Shown in pieces: positions 17,517 through 28,034 of a DNA stretch of 64,000 nucleotides. The translations under genes were made by a program, and so were the position numbers. This stretch comes from Thermodesulfobacteriota bacterium (lineage in GTDB: Bacteria; Desulfobacterota_D; UBA1144; Nemesobacterales; Nemesobacteraceae), in contig CBDAUE010000002.1 of NCBI GenBank assembly GCA_965200595.1, positions 412,359 to 476,358 on the forward strand, written 5' to 3'. The notes beneath the pieces were generated by a model. It did not search any database. It saw nothing but the letters and a program-made list of their open reading frames with translations, and was not told the origin of the DNA. How positions within the stretch are numbered: the first letter of the stretch is position 1; each line of letters opens with the position of its first letter.

Positions 17517-18698
17517 TTATTCTAATGCTGCTTGCTCACCCATGATTGCAGTTATATAGTATTTATAAGTAAAAACAACGCACCCGGCAACCAGAAACAG
17601 CGCGGTTGACAAATACATGCTGAAAAAACCATGATCTCGCACTATCACGCCAAGAATAATAGCCGAAGAGTTTATCCCCGTTCCATAGGACATATTAAAT
17701 ATGCCCACAGCAGTGCCTCTCTCACCTGCGTGCGCCCTGTCAATAACCATTGTATTTATCGTGGGGTAGGCAAATCCGTAGCCTATACTAAAAACTAAAG
17801 AAAACAGGACCAGTTGTGAAAAGGAACTCACAAAAAAAGCCAAGGGCATTGAGAGACACAGAAGAAAAAGTGCGGGCAGGGCTATTTTTCTTCTCTCTAT
17901 AACATCCGAAACCTTTCCTCCAAAAATCCTGATCAATACCGCCATAATAGCAAAAACGACAAAGAAGATCCCGATGTGGAAACCATGTTGCCCAAGATGA
18001 ATATGGAAGAAGTGAACCAAGGCCCCCAAGCTAACGGCAATCATCAGATTCATCAGAAAAAGCACTTTGAATCTGCTAGATAAGAGAATTTTAAAGAATC
18101 CCTGGAAGATAGGACCTCTAGATTCATCTCGATTTGTTTCTTTTGACAAAAAGAAAAAGCAAAGCAGAAATGCGATTATATGATAGCTGGAAGAATACAT
18201 AAAAAAGGCGTTATAACCCAGCTCTTCAATGATAATTTCTCCGAAAAAAGGTCCGATGGCGAAACATACTATAGTGGTAATACCAAAAGTAGTCAGGCAT
18301 GAATGCCTTATCTCTCTAGGAACAGTATAAGAAACCGCAGTAGCAGCAGAAGTAAAGAAAAGACCGAAAGCGATACCCTGTATAAGCCTCAGGACATATA
18401 TTACCAAGCCGAGGTCTCCTATAAACATATATATAATAGAGGATATAAACATCATTAATGAACCAATAAGCATGAAGATCCTCTGTCCGTAGCGGTCTAT
18501 CAGAAAACCGGAAACCATAGCGGTTCCGACTGAGGCGATTCCAAAAATCCCCATGATGTAGCCTACGGATGCCGCATCGCCTCCAAGATCATTTATAAAA
18601 AGAGGTAGAAGGAAGAATGTGGTAAAGCCACACTGGAAAAGAAAGTTTCCAAGCATAATTAAAGAGAAATCCCTGTATTTTCTTATGAATTCCAGCAT
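17517..18698 (-). CDS. MFS transporter (paralog)
   Basis: Roughly half of the positions in the aligned N-terminal region (about the first 140 residues) are identical, by eye, to the 15965-17131 product (e.g. KYRDFSL..LGNF.F.C.F..FFLLPLFI.D.GGD). Confidence 0.8.
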   Translation of the reverse strand: MLEFIRKYRDFSLIMLGNFLFQCGFTTFFLLPLFINDLGGDAASVGYIMGIFGIASVGTAMVSGFLIDRYGQRIFMLIGSLMMFISSIIYMFIGDLGLVIYVLRLIQGIAFGLFFTSAATAVSYTVPREIRHSCLTTFGITTIVCFAIGPFFGEIIIEELGYNAFFMYSSSYHIIAFLLCFFFLSKETNRDESRGPIFQGFFKILLSSRFKVLFLMNLMIAVSLGALVHFFHIHLGQHGFHIGIFFVVFAIMAVLIRIFGGKVSDVIERRKIALPALFLLCLSMPLAFFVSSFSQLVLFSLVFSIGYGFAYPTINTMVIDRAHAGERGTAVGIFNMSYGTGINSSAIILGVIVRDHGFFSMYLSTALFLVAGCVVFTYKYYITAIMGEQAALE

Positions 18699-18995
18699 CT
18701 CGAAAGTTTTCTCGAAAAAAAATCTTAAAAATAAGTATTACAGCATTCTACACTCTTGTTGACCGTTTGTTAATAGCTTTTTCATCTGTCCGGTTTTGTG
18801 ATGCTAAAGTTTACAGAGAATCAGGATGAATAAGTTCAAGCAAGTACACGGGAGGCTAGAGGAGGACATAACATAGGCAAAAACAGCTGAACAGCTCAGG
18901 ATCAGGCAAAAAGACATTACATAGCCGGGCACAGAAACCAAAGTGTGAGTTGATTTTCAGATGTTAACACGATAATTTAAAACTCACTTAAATAT

Positions 18996-20555
18996 CTAAA
19001 TATACTTTTCGTATTCTTTCTCAAAAAGATCCGCGAGAGTACGAGCTTTGTGGTCATATTCGTCTGGATCATCCCATGAAAGTCGAGGCTGCAGAAGAGT
19101 CGATTCAACTCCAGGACAATCAACCGGCACCGACAGATCAATTATAGGAACTCTGACAAACTCTCTGTCGTCAAGCAAACCGTCTACCGCTGCTGTAACA
19201 AGAGCTCTTGTAGATGGAAGAGGCATTCTTTTGCCGACCCCGAAAGGCCCGCCTGAAATACCGGTATTTAGAAGCCATACGTTTACCTTATGCTTTTCCA
19301 TCCTTTCTTTGAGCATAGCTCCGTAGAACTTCGGGGGTCTTGGAAGAAAAGGAGACCCGAAACATGAACTGAAAGTTGCCTGAGGTTTGCTCACTCCTCT
19401 CTCTGTGCCGGCAACTTTCGCTGTGTAACCCAGGAGGAAATAACGCATGGCCTGGTCAGAATCAAGCTTTGATATAGGGGGTAGAACTCCGAAAGCATCA
19501 TAGGTAAGCATAAAAATACTTTTCGGAATACCGCCTACTCCTTCCGAAACAATATTTTCTAGCATATCAATCTGGTATGCCCCGCGGGTGTTCTCCGTAT
19601 GTCTGTCGCTGTCAAAATCTATCTTCCCCGTTTCCAAATCAAGTTCGACATTTTCAAGAACCGAGCCGAAATTAAGTGCCGCCTGGTAAATTTCGGGCTC
19701 CGTAGTCGGGCTGAGTTTTATAGTCTTCGCATAGCACCCACCCTCAAAATTAAAAACTCCCTCATCAAACCAACCATGCTCGTCATCTCCGATAAGCGCT
19801 CTTTCGGGGTCAGCAGAAAGTGTGGTTTTACCAGTTCCGGACAATCCGAAGAAAAGTGCCACATTTCCGTCTTTTCCAATGTTTGCCGAACAATGCATTG
19901 GAAAAACATTTCTTTCCGGCAAAAGGAAATTCATTGCCGCAAAAACGGATTTTTTCATCTCTCCCGCATAGCGCGTGCCACCGACAAGAGCAATTCTTCG
20001 GCTTAGGTTAAGAAATATGAATGTTTCACTGTTAAGACCATATTTTTCCGGATTTTCTGCCTTGAAACCCGGGGCGGAAATGACTGTAAAACCCACTTCT
20101 TTATGTGGAAGCTCAGAAGCGTCAGGCCTTATGAAAAGATTATTCACGAAAATATTGTGCCAAGCGAATTCATTTATCACCCTCACGTTTGTTCTGTAGT
20201 CCGGGTGGGCACAAACCTGAAGGTCTCTGACAAAAACATCCTTCCCTTTAAAATAATCCATCACCTTATTATAGAAGTGGTCAAACACCTCTGGTGATAC
20301 GGGCTGGTTTACTGCTCCCCAGTCTATATTCTTTTCAGTGGAAGGCTCTTTTACAACAAACCTGTCTTTGGGCGACCTTCCAGTGTGAGGAGAAGTGAAA
20401 CCTATAAAAGTTCCACTCTCACCAATGCGTCCTTCGTCTCTTTTTATTGCCTCTTCATAGAGCCTGGGAACGGAGAGGTTGTAGTATACCCCTGAAGGTT
20501 GATTAAGCTGGTGTTTTTCTGAGAGCTCCTTTTCGATTGAAAAATTCCCGGACAT
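18996..20555 (-). CDS. pckA: phosphoenolpyruvate carboxykinase (ATP)
   Basis: Kinase-1a motif FFGLSGTGKTTLS, 519 aa, typical PckA N-terminus. Confidence 0.95.
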   Translation of the reverse strand: MSGNFSIEKELSEKHQLNQPSGVYYNLSVPRLYEEAIKRDEGRIGESGTFIGFTSPHTGRSPKDRFVVKEPSTEKNIDWGAVNQPVSPEVFDHFYNKVMDYFKGKDVFVRDLQVCAHPDYRTNVRVINEFAWHNIFVNNLFIRPDASELPHKEVGFTVISAPGFKAENPEKYGLNSETFIFLNLSRRIALVGGTRYAGEMKKSVFAAMNFLLPERNVFPMHCSANIGKDGNVALFFGLSGTGKTTLSADPERALIGDDEHGWFDEGVFNFEGGCYAKTIKLSPTTEPEIYQAALNFGSVLENVELDLETGKIDFDSDRHTENTRGAYQIDMLENIVSEGVGGIPKSIFMLTYDAFGVLPPISKLDSDQAMRYFLLGYTAKVAGTERGVSKPQATFSSCFGSPFLPRPPKFYGAMLKERMEKHKVNVWLLNTGISGGPFGVGKRMPLPSTRALVTAAVDGLLDDREFVRVPIIDLSVPVDCPGVESTLLQPRLSWDDPDEYDHKARTLADLFEKEYEKYI

Positions 20556-20754
20556 GGTGTCGCCTCCAAATTCCCTGTTCCCTGCAGGTTTATGAGTAGT
20601 AATCGTAGGAAAAAGTCAACTGCTTTATTTAAAGGAATTTTAAGATATATAAAGTTTCCTTTTTTGCAAGAACAAAAAATAAACTTGGAACCATATTCCG
20701 GTTCAGCTACTGGAATCCGAAACCCCAAGTGAAGAACTCGTCTGATTTAGGTCT

Positions 20755-21648
20755 TCAGGATAATTTCGATATCCACTTCGTTATCGCATCTATTGAGTCT
20801 TTGGGATTCTCTATGCAGTCGTGTTTTGCCCCCGGTATATAATGCAACGTCACATTTTCGTTGCCAGACTGATTCATTATATTCTTAAGTTCTCTGGGTT
20901 CCCACAAATCAACTACATCGTCGTTCTCTCCATGGATAAAGAGAACTGGAACCTTGACATCCTCTATGATTTCACAGGTTTTCGCATAATAAGCCTGAGG
21001 TCCCCTCATGTGCCACCAGGTTCTGTAAGTAAACATTTCCCCGTCAACAGGATTAAAGGAATCCCCCCAAGCTTTGTAGACGATAAATATCTGATCATTT
21101 TTTTTCTTCTCCGGATTCGGACCCAGAACTTCTCTGGCTTTCAGATAAATATCCTCATAGGATGGAATACTCCCGTTTCTCTCAAGCCTTCTTTGCTGTG
21201 AATATGGCAGGGAATAGGAACATCCTTCCAGTATAAGCCCTTTTACACCAGAACAATTGGTCTGGGACGCATAGTACACGGCCATGCTAGCCCCAAGACT
21301 GTAACCCAGCATAAGAATATTGCGAAAACCTTCTTTCTGAAGAACATTCACCGATTCTCTCATTTCGTGAATCGTATCAGGAAAAATCCCTTCGCCCATT
21401 ATCTGACCCATAAACGCCATACGGGTGTTTACGGAAAGTGTGCTTATATTTTTTTCCTTCAGAAGAGGGGGAAGCCTAAGGGGGGTTCCTCTTGTAAGAA
21501 AATGCCCTAATACTCCGTAAAGATTTATAATTATCGGAGATTCGTAAAGATCTTCTTCCGATGCAAACTCCGGTGTCACAAGCAGAGAATTCACTTCGAA
21601 TCCATCTTCAGTCTTGTAAGTAATCAGACTCTTCTGTTCGTTTACCAT
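20755..21648 (-). CDS. alpha/beta-hydrolase fold protein
   Basis: Nucleophile elbow GYSLGAS. Late HGENDDVV and GAKHD suggest the Asp and His of the triad. Confidence 0.7.
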   Translation of the reverse strand: MVNEQKSLITYKTEDGFEVNSLLVTPEFASEEDLYESPIIINLYGVLGHFLTRGTPLRLPPLLKEKNISTLSVNTRMAFMGQIMGEGIFPDTIHEMRESVNVLQKEGFRNILMLGYSLGASMAVYYASQTNCSGVKGLILEGCSYSLPYSQQRRLERNGSIPSYEDIYLKAREVLGPNPEKKKNDQIFIVYKAWGDSFNPVDGEMFTYRTWWHMRGPQAYYAKTCEIIEDVKVPVLFIHGENDDVVDLWEPRELKNIMNQSGNENVTLHYIPGAKHDCIENPKDSIDAITKWISKLS

Positions 21649-21654
21649 TGAGAA

Positions 21655-22557
21655 TCAGATGAATCTTCTGTCAAGCCATCTTACTATAATATCGCCCATT
21701 TCCTCTTCTTTTCCATCGAGTGTATGACCGGTATTTAGATAATATGCCGAAACATCGTCATTTCCGTTGTCTATGGCTTTCTGAGCAAGGTTATGCGTCT
21801 CATCGGGTTTTACAAATGTGTCGTTCCAGCCCTGAATTAGAAGAATCGGCAGTTTTATATTCTTTATCTGCTTATAGCTCTTTACGGCTTCCGCTTCCGG
21901 ACCGGCAAGAAACCACCATGTCTTGTAAGTATATATTTCAGTGTGCTCCGGCCGGTAGGAGTTCCCCCTGGCCCTGAAAATAAGAATCGTCCTATCCTGT
22001 TTTGAGTCTTGAGGATTATCGCCAAGTATAGTCTTCGCCTCCTCATAGACCTCATCATAGGAAGGCTGGCTTTCCCACTTGTTCCATCTTCTTTTTATGG
22101 AGTGCGGGATAGAATAAGGGGTGGCAAGGGCAATCATACCCTTGAGCAGGTTTGACTCATCGGAATCCTGCTGGCGGCTCTTTGCGGAAAGATATCTGAG
22201 AATCACTCCTCCGCCCAAGCTGTAACCGGAGACAATGATTTTCTCGTAACCGATTTCTCCCAAATATCTGACTATGCTGTCTATCTGCGGAATAGTATCG
22301 TCTACTATTCCAAAACCGAAAAAAAGCCCGAAATTGGCCATTCTGGTATTTATCGCAATAGACGAATAGCCCGCCTTGGCAAGGATCGGAGGTAAGAACC
22401 TCTGGCTTCCGTCAAGAAAGTTCCCTAAAAATCCGTGAACATGGATAATCAAGGTCTTTCTTTTTTCTGAGTCGTTATTAAGTGCTCTGTAGTATAGGGC
22501 GTTAACCTTTCCTTTCCCTGCTGGTACAGAAATCAGTTCCTGCTCTACATATTTCAT
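21655..22557 (-). CDS. alpha/beta-hydrolase fold protein (tandem paralog)
   Basis: GYSLGGG elbow. Same architecture and shared blocks (YTYKTWW, NTRMA.FG) as the downstream neighbour. Confidence 0.7.
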   Translation of the reverse strand: MKYVEQELISVPAGKGKVNALYYRALNNDSEKRKTLIIHVHGFLGNFLDGSQRFLPPILAKAGYSSIAINTRMANFGLFFGFGIVDDTIPQIDSIVRYLGEIGYEKIIVSGYSLGGGVILRYLSAKSRQQDSDESNLLKGMIALATPYSIPHSIKRRWNKWESQPSYDEVYEEAKTILGDNPQDSKQDRTILIFRARGNSYRPEHTEIYTYKTWWFLAGPEAEAVKSYKQIKNIKLPILLIQGWNDTFVKPDETHNLAQKAIDNGNDDVSAYYLNTGHTLDGKEEEMGDIIVRWLDRRFI

Positions 22558-22669
22558 TATTCAGACACGGCTCTTTTAAGAAGTACTGATATTATAAAAA
22601 TCCGGCGGGCAAGTCAATAGCAGCAGCAATGAACTTTGGAATCGAATCGCTTGCCTAAAAACGGCAAAT

Positions 22670-22978
22670 TCAACAACCTGCAGTTTCTATTGTGACCGAA
22701 TCGGGATTCTGAATAAGAAAATCGGCTTTTTTCTTCGCCTCGATCCAATCCGGAGCCTCTCCGATCCTTATAAGCGTGTTTTCTGCGGTGGCTTTGAGAA
22801 AAAGATGCCCCGTTTTCTTGTTCCAGAAAATCTGCCAGTTATCCCCTCGCAAATTCCTCAGCCATCCGAAAGGAAAAAATCCGGAATAATCGGTGCCGGA
22901 CTTCATATGTTTTTTCCCCGCGTATGTTCGGCAGTTAACCCGGAAACCGTGTGAGAATACATAGCGGTTCTGCACCAA
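22670..22978 (-). CDS. hypothetical protein
   Basis: ORF only; no motif recognised. The start may be the internal Met at 22906. Confidence 0.35.
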   Translation of the reverse strand: MVQNRYVFSHGFRVNCRTYAGKKHMKSGTDYSGFFPFGWLRNLRGDNWQIFWNKKTGHLFLKATAENTLIRIGEAPDWIEAKKKADFLIQNPDSVTIETAGC

Positions 22979-23015
22979 AAGCGTTTTGCAAAAATCTGTT
23001 GAACACTAACAGCTT

Positions 23016-23666
23016 TCATGATGCGTAAAGCTTCTTGAAATACAAGCATACTTTAGATATTCCGCACTTTGAACATAAAGGCTTTCTCGCCTTGCAAACA
23101 TTCCTCCCGTGATCACCTAGGGAATTTGAAAAAAATGTCCAGTCCTTTTCTGGAATGCATTTTCTAAGATCAAATTCAATCTTAACGGGGTCGGAATTTG
23201 ATGTAAGACCCAGTCTGCGGCTTAACCTCATTATATGGGTGTCCACTATTATTCCGGGTTTTTTGAAATAATTGCCAATTATAACATTTGCCGTCTTTCT
23301 GCCGACTCCTGAGAGGTTAACTAGTTCTTCCATCTTTGAGGGAACTTTTCCCTTGTGTTTTTGTATTATCTCCCTTGAGCAATTTATTATGGCTTTTGCC
23401 TTATTTCTGTAAAAACCTGTTGATCTCACATCGTTTTGGAGTTCTTGTTCTGATGCACAAGAAAATGCCTCAAGGTCAGGGTACTTCTCAAAAAGTTTCG
23501 AGGTAATCATATTTACCCGTTTATCCGTACATTGGGCGGAAAGAATAGACCCGATCAGAAGTTCCGATGCATTTTTATAAACGAGATGACATTTTGCATC
23601 GGGATAAGCTTTTTTCAGAAACCGAAGAATCTTGCGCGCTTTGTTTTCCAAATCCTGGGTATTCAT
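23016..23666 (-). CDS. nth: endonuclease III
   Basis: HhH-GPD motif LVNLSGVGRKTANV and the C-terminal 4Fe-4S ligands CKARKPLCSKCGISKVC. ATG at 23666. Confidence 0.9.
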   Translation of the reverse strand: MNTQDLENKARKILRFLKKAYPDAKCHLVYKNASELLIGSILSAQCTDKRVNMITSKLFEKYPDLEAFSCASEQELQNDVRSTGFYRNKAKAIINCSREIIQKHKGKVPSKMEELVNLSGVGRKTANVIIGNYFKKPGIIVDTHIMRLSRRLGLTSNSDPVKIEFDLRKCIPEKDWTFFSNSLGDHGRNVCKARKPLCSKCGISKVCLYFKKLYAS

Positions 23667-23800
23667 CTTGAACAACAAATATATACGTGGAACTTCTCAA
23701 GCTACAAATGCGGATACCGTCCGAATATGAGAGTGACTCCTTATGAGCTCTTACCACGCTGCCATCTTGTTCTCATGCATAAGTATTTTTTAAAGACATA

Positions 23801-23837
23801 AAAAAAGGGGGAATGAAATTCAAGTTCCCCCTTTTTT
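23801..23837 (-). terminator. rho-independent terminator (bidirectional shape) after the ferredoxin gene
   Basis: Stem GGGGGAA (23807-23813) pairs with TTCCCCC (23825-23831), flanked by A6 and T6. Confidence 0.7.
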
Positions 23838-23864
23838 CTCTTTAAAATCCGTTCTTACTTAAGT

Positions 23865-24131
23865 TCAGTCAGTTCTGGCTGGTTCAAGGCCTTCTTTACC
23901 CTCGAAGAAGTCTTTGTTTATGTCAATGAATTTCTGCCATTTCTCCGGCAATTCATCTTCGTGAAATATGGCATCCACTGGACAGGGATCTACACACGCT
24001 CCGCAGTCTATACATTCATCAGGATGTATGATCAGTTGATCATCTCCCTCATATATGCAATCAACCGGACACGCTTCAACACAAGCTTTGTCCTTAACTC
24101 CGACACATGGTTCGGCAATTATGTATGCCAT
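23865..24131 (-). CDS. ferredoxin (two Fe-S cluster motifs)
   Basis: CVEACPVDC and [12 protein letters not shown] motifs, 88 aa. Confidence 0.85.
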   Translation of the reverse strand: MAYIIAEPCVGVKDKACVEACPVDCIYEGDDQLIIHPDECIDCGACVDPCPVDAIFHEDELPEKWQKFIDINKDFFEGKEGLEPARTD

Positions 24132-24230
24132 CTTTAAAACCTCCGAATTGGCATGTTGCTATTGTATTAACTTATTACTAGCTAAAGCACTTTCAAGCAA
24201 AGGTGCACGACTTTTCCATTTCTGTATGCT

Positions 24231-24581
24231 TCACTCCCCTTCCTGAGAAGACTCCAGGGGTTCTGCTGAAGGCTCTTCGACGGGCACAGAAACTTCCTCA
24301 ATCACTTCAACAGGAGATTCTTCCACCACTGAACCCGATATTGATTTTACGGAAGTGTAACCGAGAAAAAGCGAAGTAACTACGAATATGAGACCCAAAA
24401 GTCTGGTCATCTTGACAAGAAAAGGCATTGCTCCACTCGAACCAAAAAGCGACTCCGAACTCCCGCCTCCAAACATTGAGCCTATATCCGCGGATTTGCT
24501 CGGCTGAAGCAATATGATCAGTACAAGGAGGATGCTGACAATAATATGAATAACTTTTACCGACGGTACTAAGAACTCCAA
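24231..24581 (-). CDS. secG: preprotein translocase subunit SecG
   Basis: Two TM segments with the SMFGGGSSESLFGSSG glycine-rich loop. Immediately downstream of tpiA, as in many bacteria. Confidence 0.8.
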   Translation of the reverse strand: MEFLVPSVKVIHIIVSILLVLIILLQPSKSADIGSMFGGGSSESLFGSSGAMPFLVKMTRLLGLIFVVTSLFLGYTSVKSISGSVVEESPVEVIEEVSVPVEEPSAEPLESSQEGE

Positions 24582-24584
24582 TTT

Positions 24585-25382
24585 CTAACCCCCTACGGAT
24601 TTTATTATTCTAAAAAAAGAGTCAGCCGAAAGACTTTCTCCTCCAACCAGAACCCCGTCAACTTCATCAACAGAAATTACCTTTCCTATATTACCCGTTT
24701 TGACGCTTCCGCCATATAAAATTTTCGCACTATCACCTAAACTGGGAAACATCTCGGCTAAAAGCTCTCGTATATATCCGTGAATCTCAGCTATTTCAGA
24801 AGAAGTGGCATTTTTACCCGTCCCTATCGCCCAGACAGGTTCGTATGCTATGACGACATCTTCTGAAATCCGTTTTTCATCCAAATCGTGCAATACATTT
24901 TCTATCTGGGTTTTTATCGGTGAAAAAAGCAATTCTTTTCTCTCTGAAATGGTTTCACTTCTATGGATGGCTTCTTCCCTCTGGGCTTCGGTCTCTCCCA
25001 CGCAGAGAATTATTTTCAACCCGCAGGAGATTGACAGCATAAGTTTTTCACGGATTTGTTCATCAGTTTCCCCAAGCATATGTCTTCTTTCCGAATGGCC
25101 AACAATAGCCCAACTGCATCCGGCGTCCAAAAGCATCGGTGCGGAGATCTCCCCGGTGAACGCCCCGCTTGTTTTGCTGAAAACATCCTGTGCTCCAAGA
25201 TCTATTTTTGAACCCGAAATGCGTTTTCTCACCACGTCGAGAACCGTATACGGAGGCACAAGCACCACCTGACATGCTTCGTAGTCTTCTCCAAGCAGGC
25301 TGGCTATTGCACCAGTCAATTCCAGTGCTTCCTGTCGAAGCAAATTCATCTTCCAGTTTCCAACTACAAGCTTTTTATCCAT
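24585..25382 (-). CDS. tpiA: triosephosphate isomerase
   Basis: VGNWKMN, VGHSERR and AYEPVWAIGTG motifs. ATG at 25382 preceded by AAGGTG. Confidence 0.95.
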   Translation of the reverse strand: MDKKLVVGNWKMNLLRQEALELTGAIASLLGEDYEACQVVLVPPYTVLDVVRKRISGSKIDLGAQDVFSKTSGAFTGEISAPMLLDAGCSWAIVGHSERRHMLGETDEQIREKLMLSISCGLKIILCVGETEAQREEAIHRSETISERKELLFSPIKTQIENVLHDLDEKRISEDVVIAYEPVWAIGTGKNATSSEIAEIHGYIRELLAEMFPSLGDSAKILYGGSVKTGNIGKVISVDEVDGVLVGGESLSADSFFRIIKSVGG

Positions 25383-25477
25383 CTTAACACCTTGCAACGA
25401 AATCCATCTTATCCGGAAAAAGCCAGAAAACTACTCCCTGCTCACAAGTAATGCAAGCTTTTTTTTCTAAAAAAGAA

Positions 25478-26617
25478 TTAACCCAAAAATTTCCCCAGCC
25501 TTCTTATTCCCTCCCGTATTGAGTCCACCGAAGTCGCATAGGAAAACCTGAGGTAATCCCTTCCCCTATCGCTGAAATCTATTCCGGGAGTTACACCAAC
25601 TTGGCAGTTCTCAAGAATATCAAATGCGAGACTCCAAGAGTCTCGGCTCCATCGAGAGGAATTCACAAAAACGTAAAAGGCCCCTTCGGGTTCAACCGAA
25701 ATATCGAATCCAACCGAGGAAAGCCCTTTTATCATCTCATTTCTTCTTCTGTTAAATTCAGTCACCATCGATTCGCTTCGGCCGCTTTTTTTCACCTCTT
25801 CAATAGCTGTGACTCCTGCTTTCTGAACAAAAGATCCGGCAGAGATAAAAAGATTCTGCTGAAGTTTCTGCACGTATCTTACAAGGTGTTTTGGAACTAT
25901 CATGTAACCAAGACGCCAACCTGTCATAGAGTAGAACTTAGCGAAGCCATTTATCACTATTGCGTTGTCAGTGAATTCCAGAATGGAGTTAACGCGCGGA
26001 CCATAAACTAGGCCGTGGTAGATCTCATCTGAAATCACAAAAAGGCCCATTTCAGAAAGTTCCCGGAGAACTTCTCTGTCCATAACGGCCCCGGTAGGAT
26101 TTGCAGGAGAATTTACAAGAATAGCCTTTGTCTTTTTGCCGATACTCTTTCTGATTTCGGCGGGATCAACCTGATACCCGTCACTCTCGTAAACGGGTAT
26201 TTTCTTTGTGACTCCTCTCGCAACGCTTATTATCTGCGGATAACATGCGTAATGGGGGTCCGTTATCAATATTTCATCGCCGGGGTTAAGAAGGGTAAGC
26301 ATTGCAAGCAATAGTGCCGGGGAACTGCCCATAGTTATTATTACCCTTTCATATCCCACTTTCACTCCATGAGTACGGCTGTAATCCTCAGCGATGCTTT
26401 GTCGGAGCTCATAAATCCCAAGGCTGCTTGTGTACTTCGTGTAACCTTTTTCTATCCACTTTGCGGCAGCAGAGCATATTTCATCGGGAGTATTGAAATC
26501 GGGTTCTCCGACCTCGAAATGTATGATATCCCGGCCCTCATCCTCAAGGCGTTTTGCCCTCTCGAGGATGTCCATTACATAGAAAGGTTCTATGTTTTTA
26601 ACCAACTCTGAAATCAT
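25478..26617 (-). CDS. class I/II PLP-dependent aminotransferase
   Basis: NPTG, and the Lys motif GFAKFYSMTGWRLGY; 379 aa. Confidence 0.85.
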   Translation of the reverse strand: MISELVKNIEPFYVMDILERAKRLEDEGRDIIHFEVGEPDFNTPDEICSAAAKWIEKGYTKYTSSLGIYELRQSIAEDYSRTHGVKVGYERVIITMGSSPALLLAMLTLLNPGDEILITDPHYACYPQIISVARGVTKKIPVYESDGYQVDPAEIRKSIGKKTKAILVNSPANPTGAVMDREVLRELSEMGLFVISDEIYHGLVYGPRVNSILEFTDNAIVINGFAKFYSMTGWRLGYMIVPKHLVRYVQKLQQNLFISAGSFVQKAGVTAIEEVKKSGRSESMVTEFNRRRNEMIKGLSSVGFDISVEPEGAFYVFVNSSRWSRDSWSLAFDILENCQVGVTPGIDFSDRGRDYLRFSYATSVDSIREGIRRLGKFLG

Positions 26618-26707
26618 ATCGTGAAATTGCTTCTGGAATGGAAACTATAGCTAATGTGAAATCCCACAGAGAATTCGGTTTAGTCTCTGGTTGCTTTATC
26701 TCTATTT

Positions 26708-27004
26708 TTATGTCCTAGCAAAGCGCTTTGTCGTATCCTTGCTAACTACGGGATTACCATTCCGCAGTACTTCAAGCTCTTCATTCATCCCGAGACAGGA
26801 TGCAGCCTCGGCCCCGCCGTCCAATTCCTCTGTAATCTCCACTATCGTTTCGGGAGGCAGATACTTACCGATTATCTGTCTTCCGAACTCCCCTCCCTCG
26901 GGGAGATCCTTAAACACAGATGCCTGAGCACAGCTTGGAGCAGGAGTCTGCCCGCGTGTATGTAGATCAGCCGTAAGCCCTACTTTTTCCTCTGCGTTTC
27001 TCAT
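26708..27004 (-). CDS. hypothetical protein
   Basis: ORF only, same strand as its neighbours. A competing antisense ORF (26691-26927) exists. Confidence 0.3.
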   Translation of the reverse strand: MRNAEEKVGLTADLHTRGQTPAPSCAQASVFKDLPEGGEFGRQIIGKYLPPETIVEITEELDGGAEAASCLGMNEELEVLRNGNPVVSKDTTKRFART

Positions 27005-27086
27005 CGGAAATTCTCATCAGTTTCGCATGACTTTTTAATAACAGTTACGGCTGCCCCATCGCCTTAGTTGCCAGAGAAATAAAAAA

Positions 27087-27650
27087 CTAATCCTGTTCGG
27101 AGACGAACCTCTTTTCGATCTGTTTTATAATAAGGTCTCTTTTAAGTCGTCTTAGCCTGTCAAAGAACAATATACCATCAAGATGATCAATTTCATGCTG
27201 AAGCACTCTTGACAACACTCCTTCCGCATCAATCGTAAAACGCTTTCCTTTTCTGTCGAGGGCAGAGACATGAATATGTTTTTTCCTTCTTATATTTGCA
27301 AAAAATCCAGGTATGCTGAGGCAACCTTCCTCTCCTTCCTGGAAACCTCGAGAGGAAATAATCTCGGGATTTATAAGCTCATAGAACTTGCTTTGTTCGC
27401 CTCCAGGTAAAGGCACATTGACTATCAGGAGCCGGATATTCTTGCCGATCTGAGGAGCTGCAAGTCCGACACCGTCTGCTTCACGCAGAGTTTCTTTCAT
27501 ATCATCAAGAAGACGCTCAAGGTCCTCACCCAGTTCCTCTACGGGCAGGGATTTTCTACTTAACTCAGGGGCGGGATAAACAAGGATATCAAGCAAAGGC
27601 ATTTGGGACGCAATAAGGGTTGTTGGCAGACCTGAACTGTGGTCTGTCAT
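27087..27650 (-). CDS. def: peptide deformylase
   Basis: GLAAPQIG, EGCLSIPG and QHEIDHLDG motifs. Confidence 0.95.
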   Translation of the reverse strand: MTDHSSGLPTTLIASQMPLLDILVYPAPELSRKSLPVEELGEDLERLLDDMKETLREADGVGLAAPQIGKNIRLLIVNVPLPGGEQSKFYELINPEIISSRGFQEGEEGCLSIPGFFANIRRKKHIHVSALDRKGKRFTIDAEGVLSRVLQHEIDHLDGILFFDRLRRLKRDLIIKQIEKRFVSEQD

Positions 27651-27937
27651 TCATCGCTGCTTTTTTCTGTAAGTTTCGGGGCAAGCCAGCTGCTCACCCT
27701 AAATAGCGGAAGGATTTTTTCGCCGATGTATATTTTTTCGCCTGTTCTGGGATTTCTTCCTTCATAAGACTCGTAATTTTTCGTAAAGAAGCTTCCGAAA
27801 TGTCTTATTTCTATTCTTTTTCCATCACGAAGCGTTTCGGTCATGGCATTAATCATAGCGTCGAGAACATTTCGGGATTCTACGGAATTAAGGTCGAATT
27901 TCCGCGAAAGCTCTTTTTCAATATCCGATTTTTTCAT
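27647..27937 (-). CDS. HU/IHF-family DNA-binding protein
   Basis: Arm motif GRNPRTGEKI and FGSF; 96 aa. Confidence 0.85.
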   Translation of the reverse strand: MKKSDIEKELSRKFDLNSVESRNVLDAMINAMTETLRDGKRIEIRHFGSFFTKNYESYEGRNPRTGEKIYIGEKILPLFRVSSWLAPKLTEKSSDE

Positions 27938-28034
27938 GACGTTTTAGAAATCATCAAGATTTAGATGCCGGCTTCTCAATCTAGATATTTTAAAGCCGTT
28001 TGTCAAGTAAACTCTCGATTTTGTAAGAAAATTC

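Noticed and set aside
24146-24160. TTGGCATGTTGCT as a sigma54 -24/-12 promoter, relevant because an NtrC-type activator is present.
   Set aside because: The GG-to-GC spacing is too short (about 6 nt instead of 10), and it points away from any gene on that strand.
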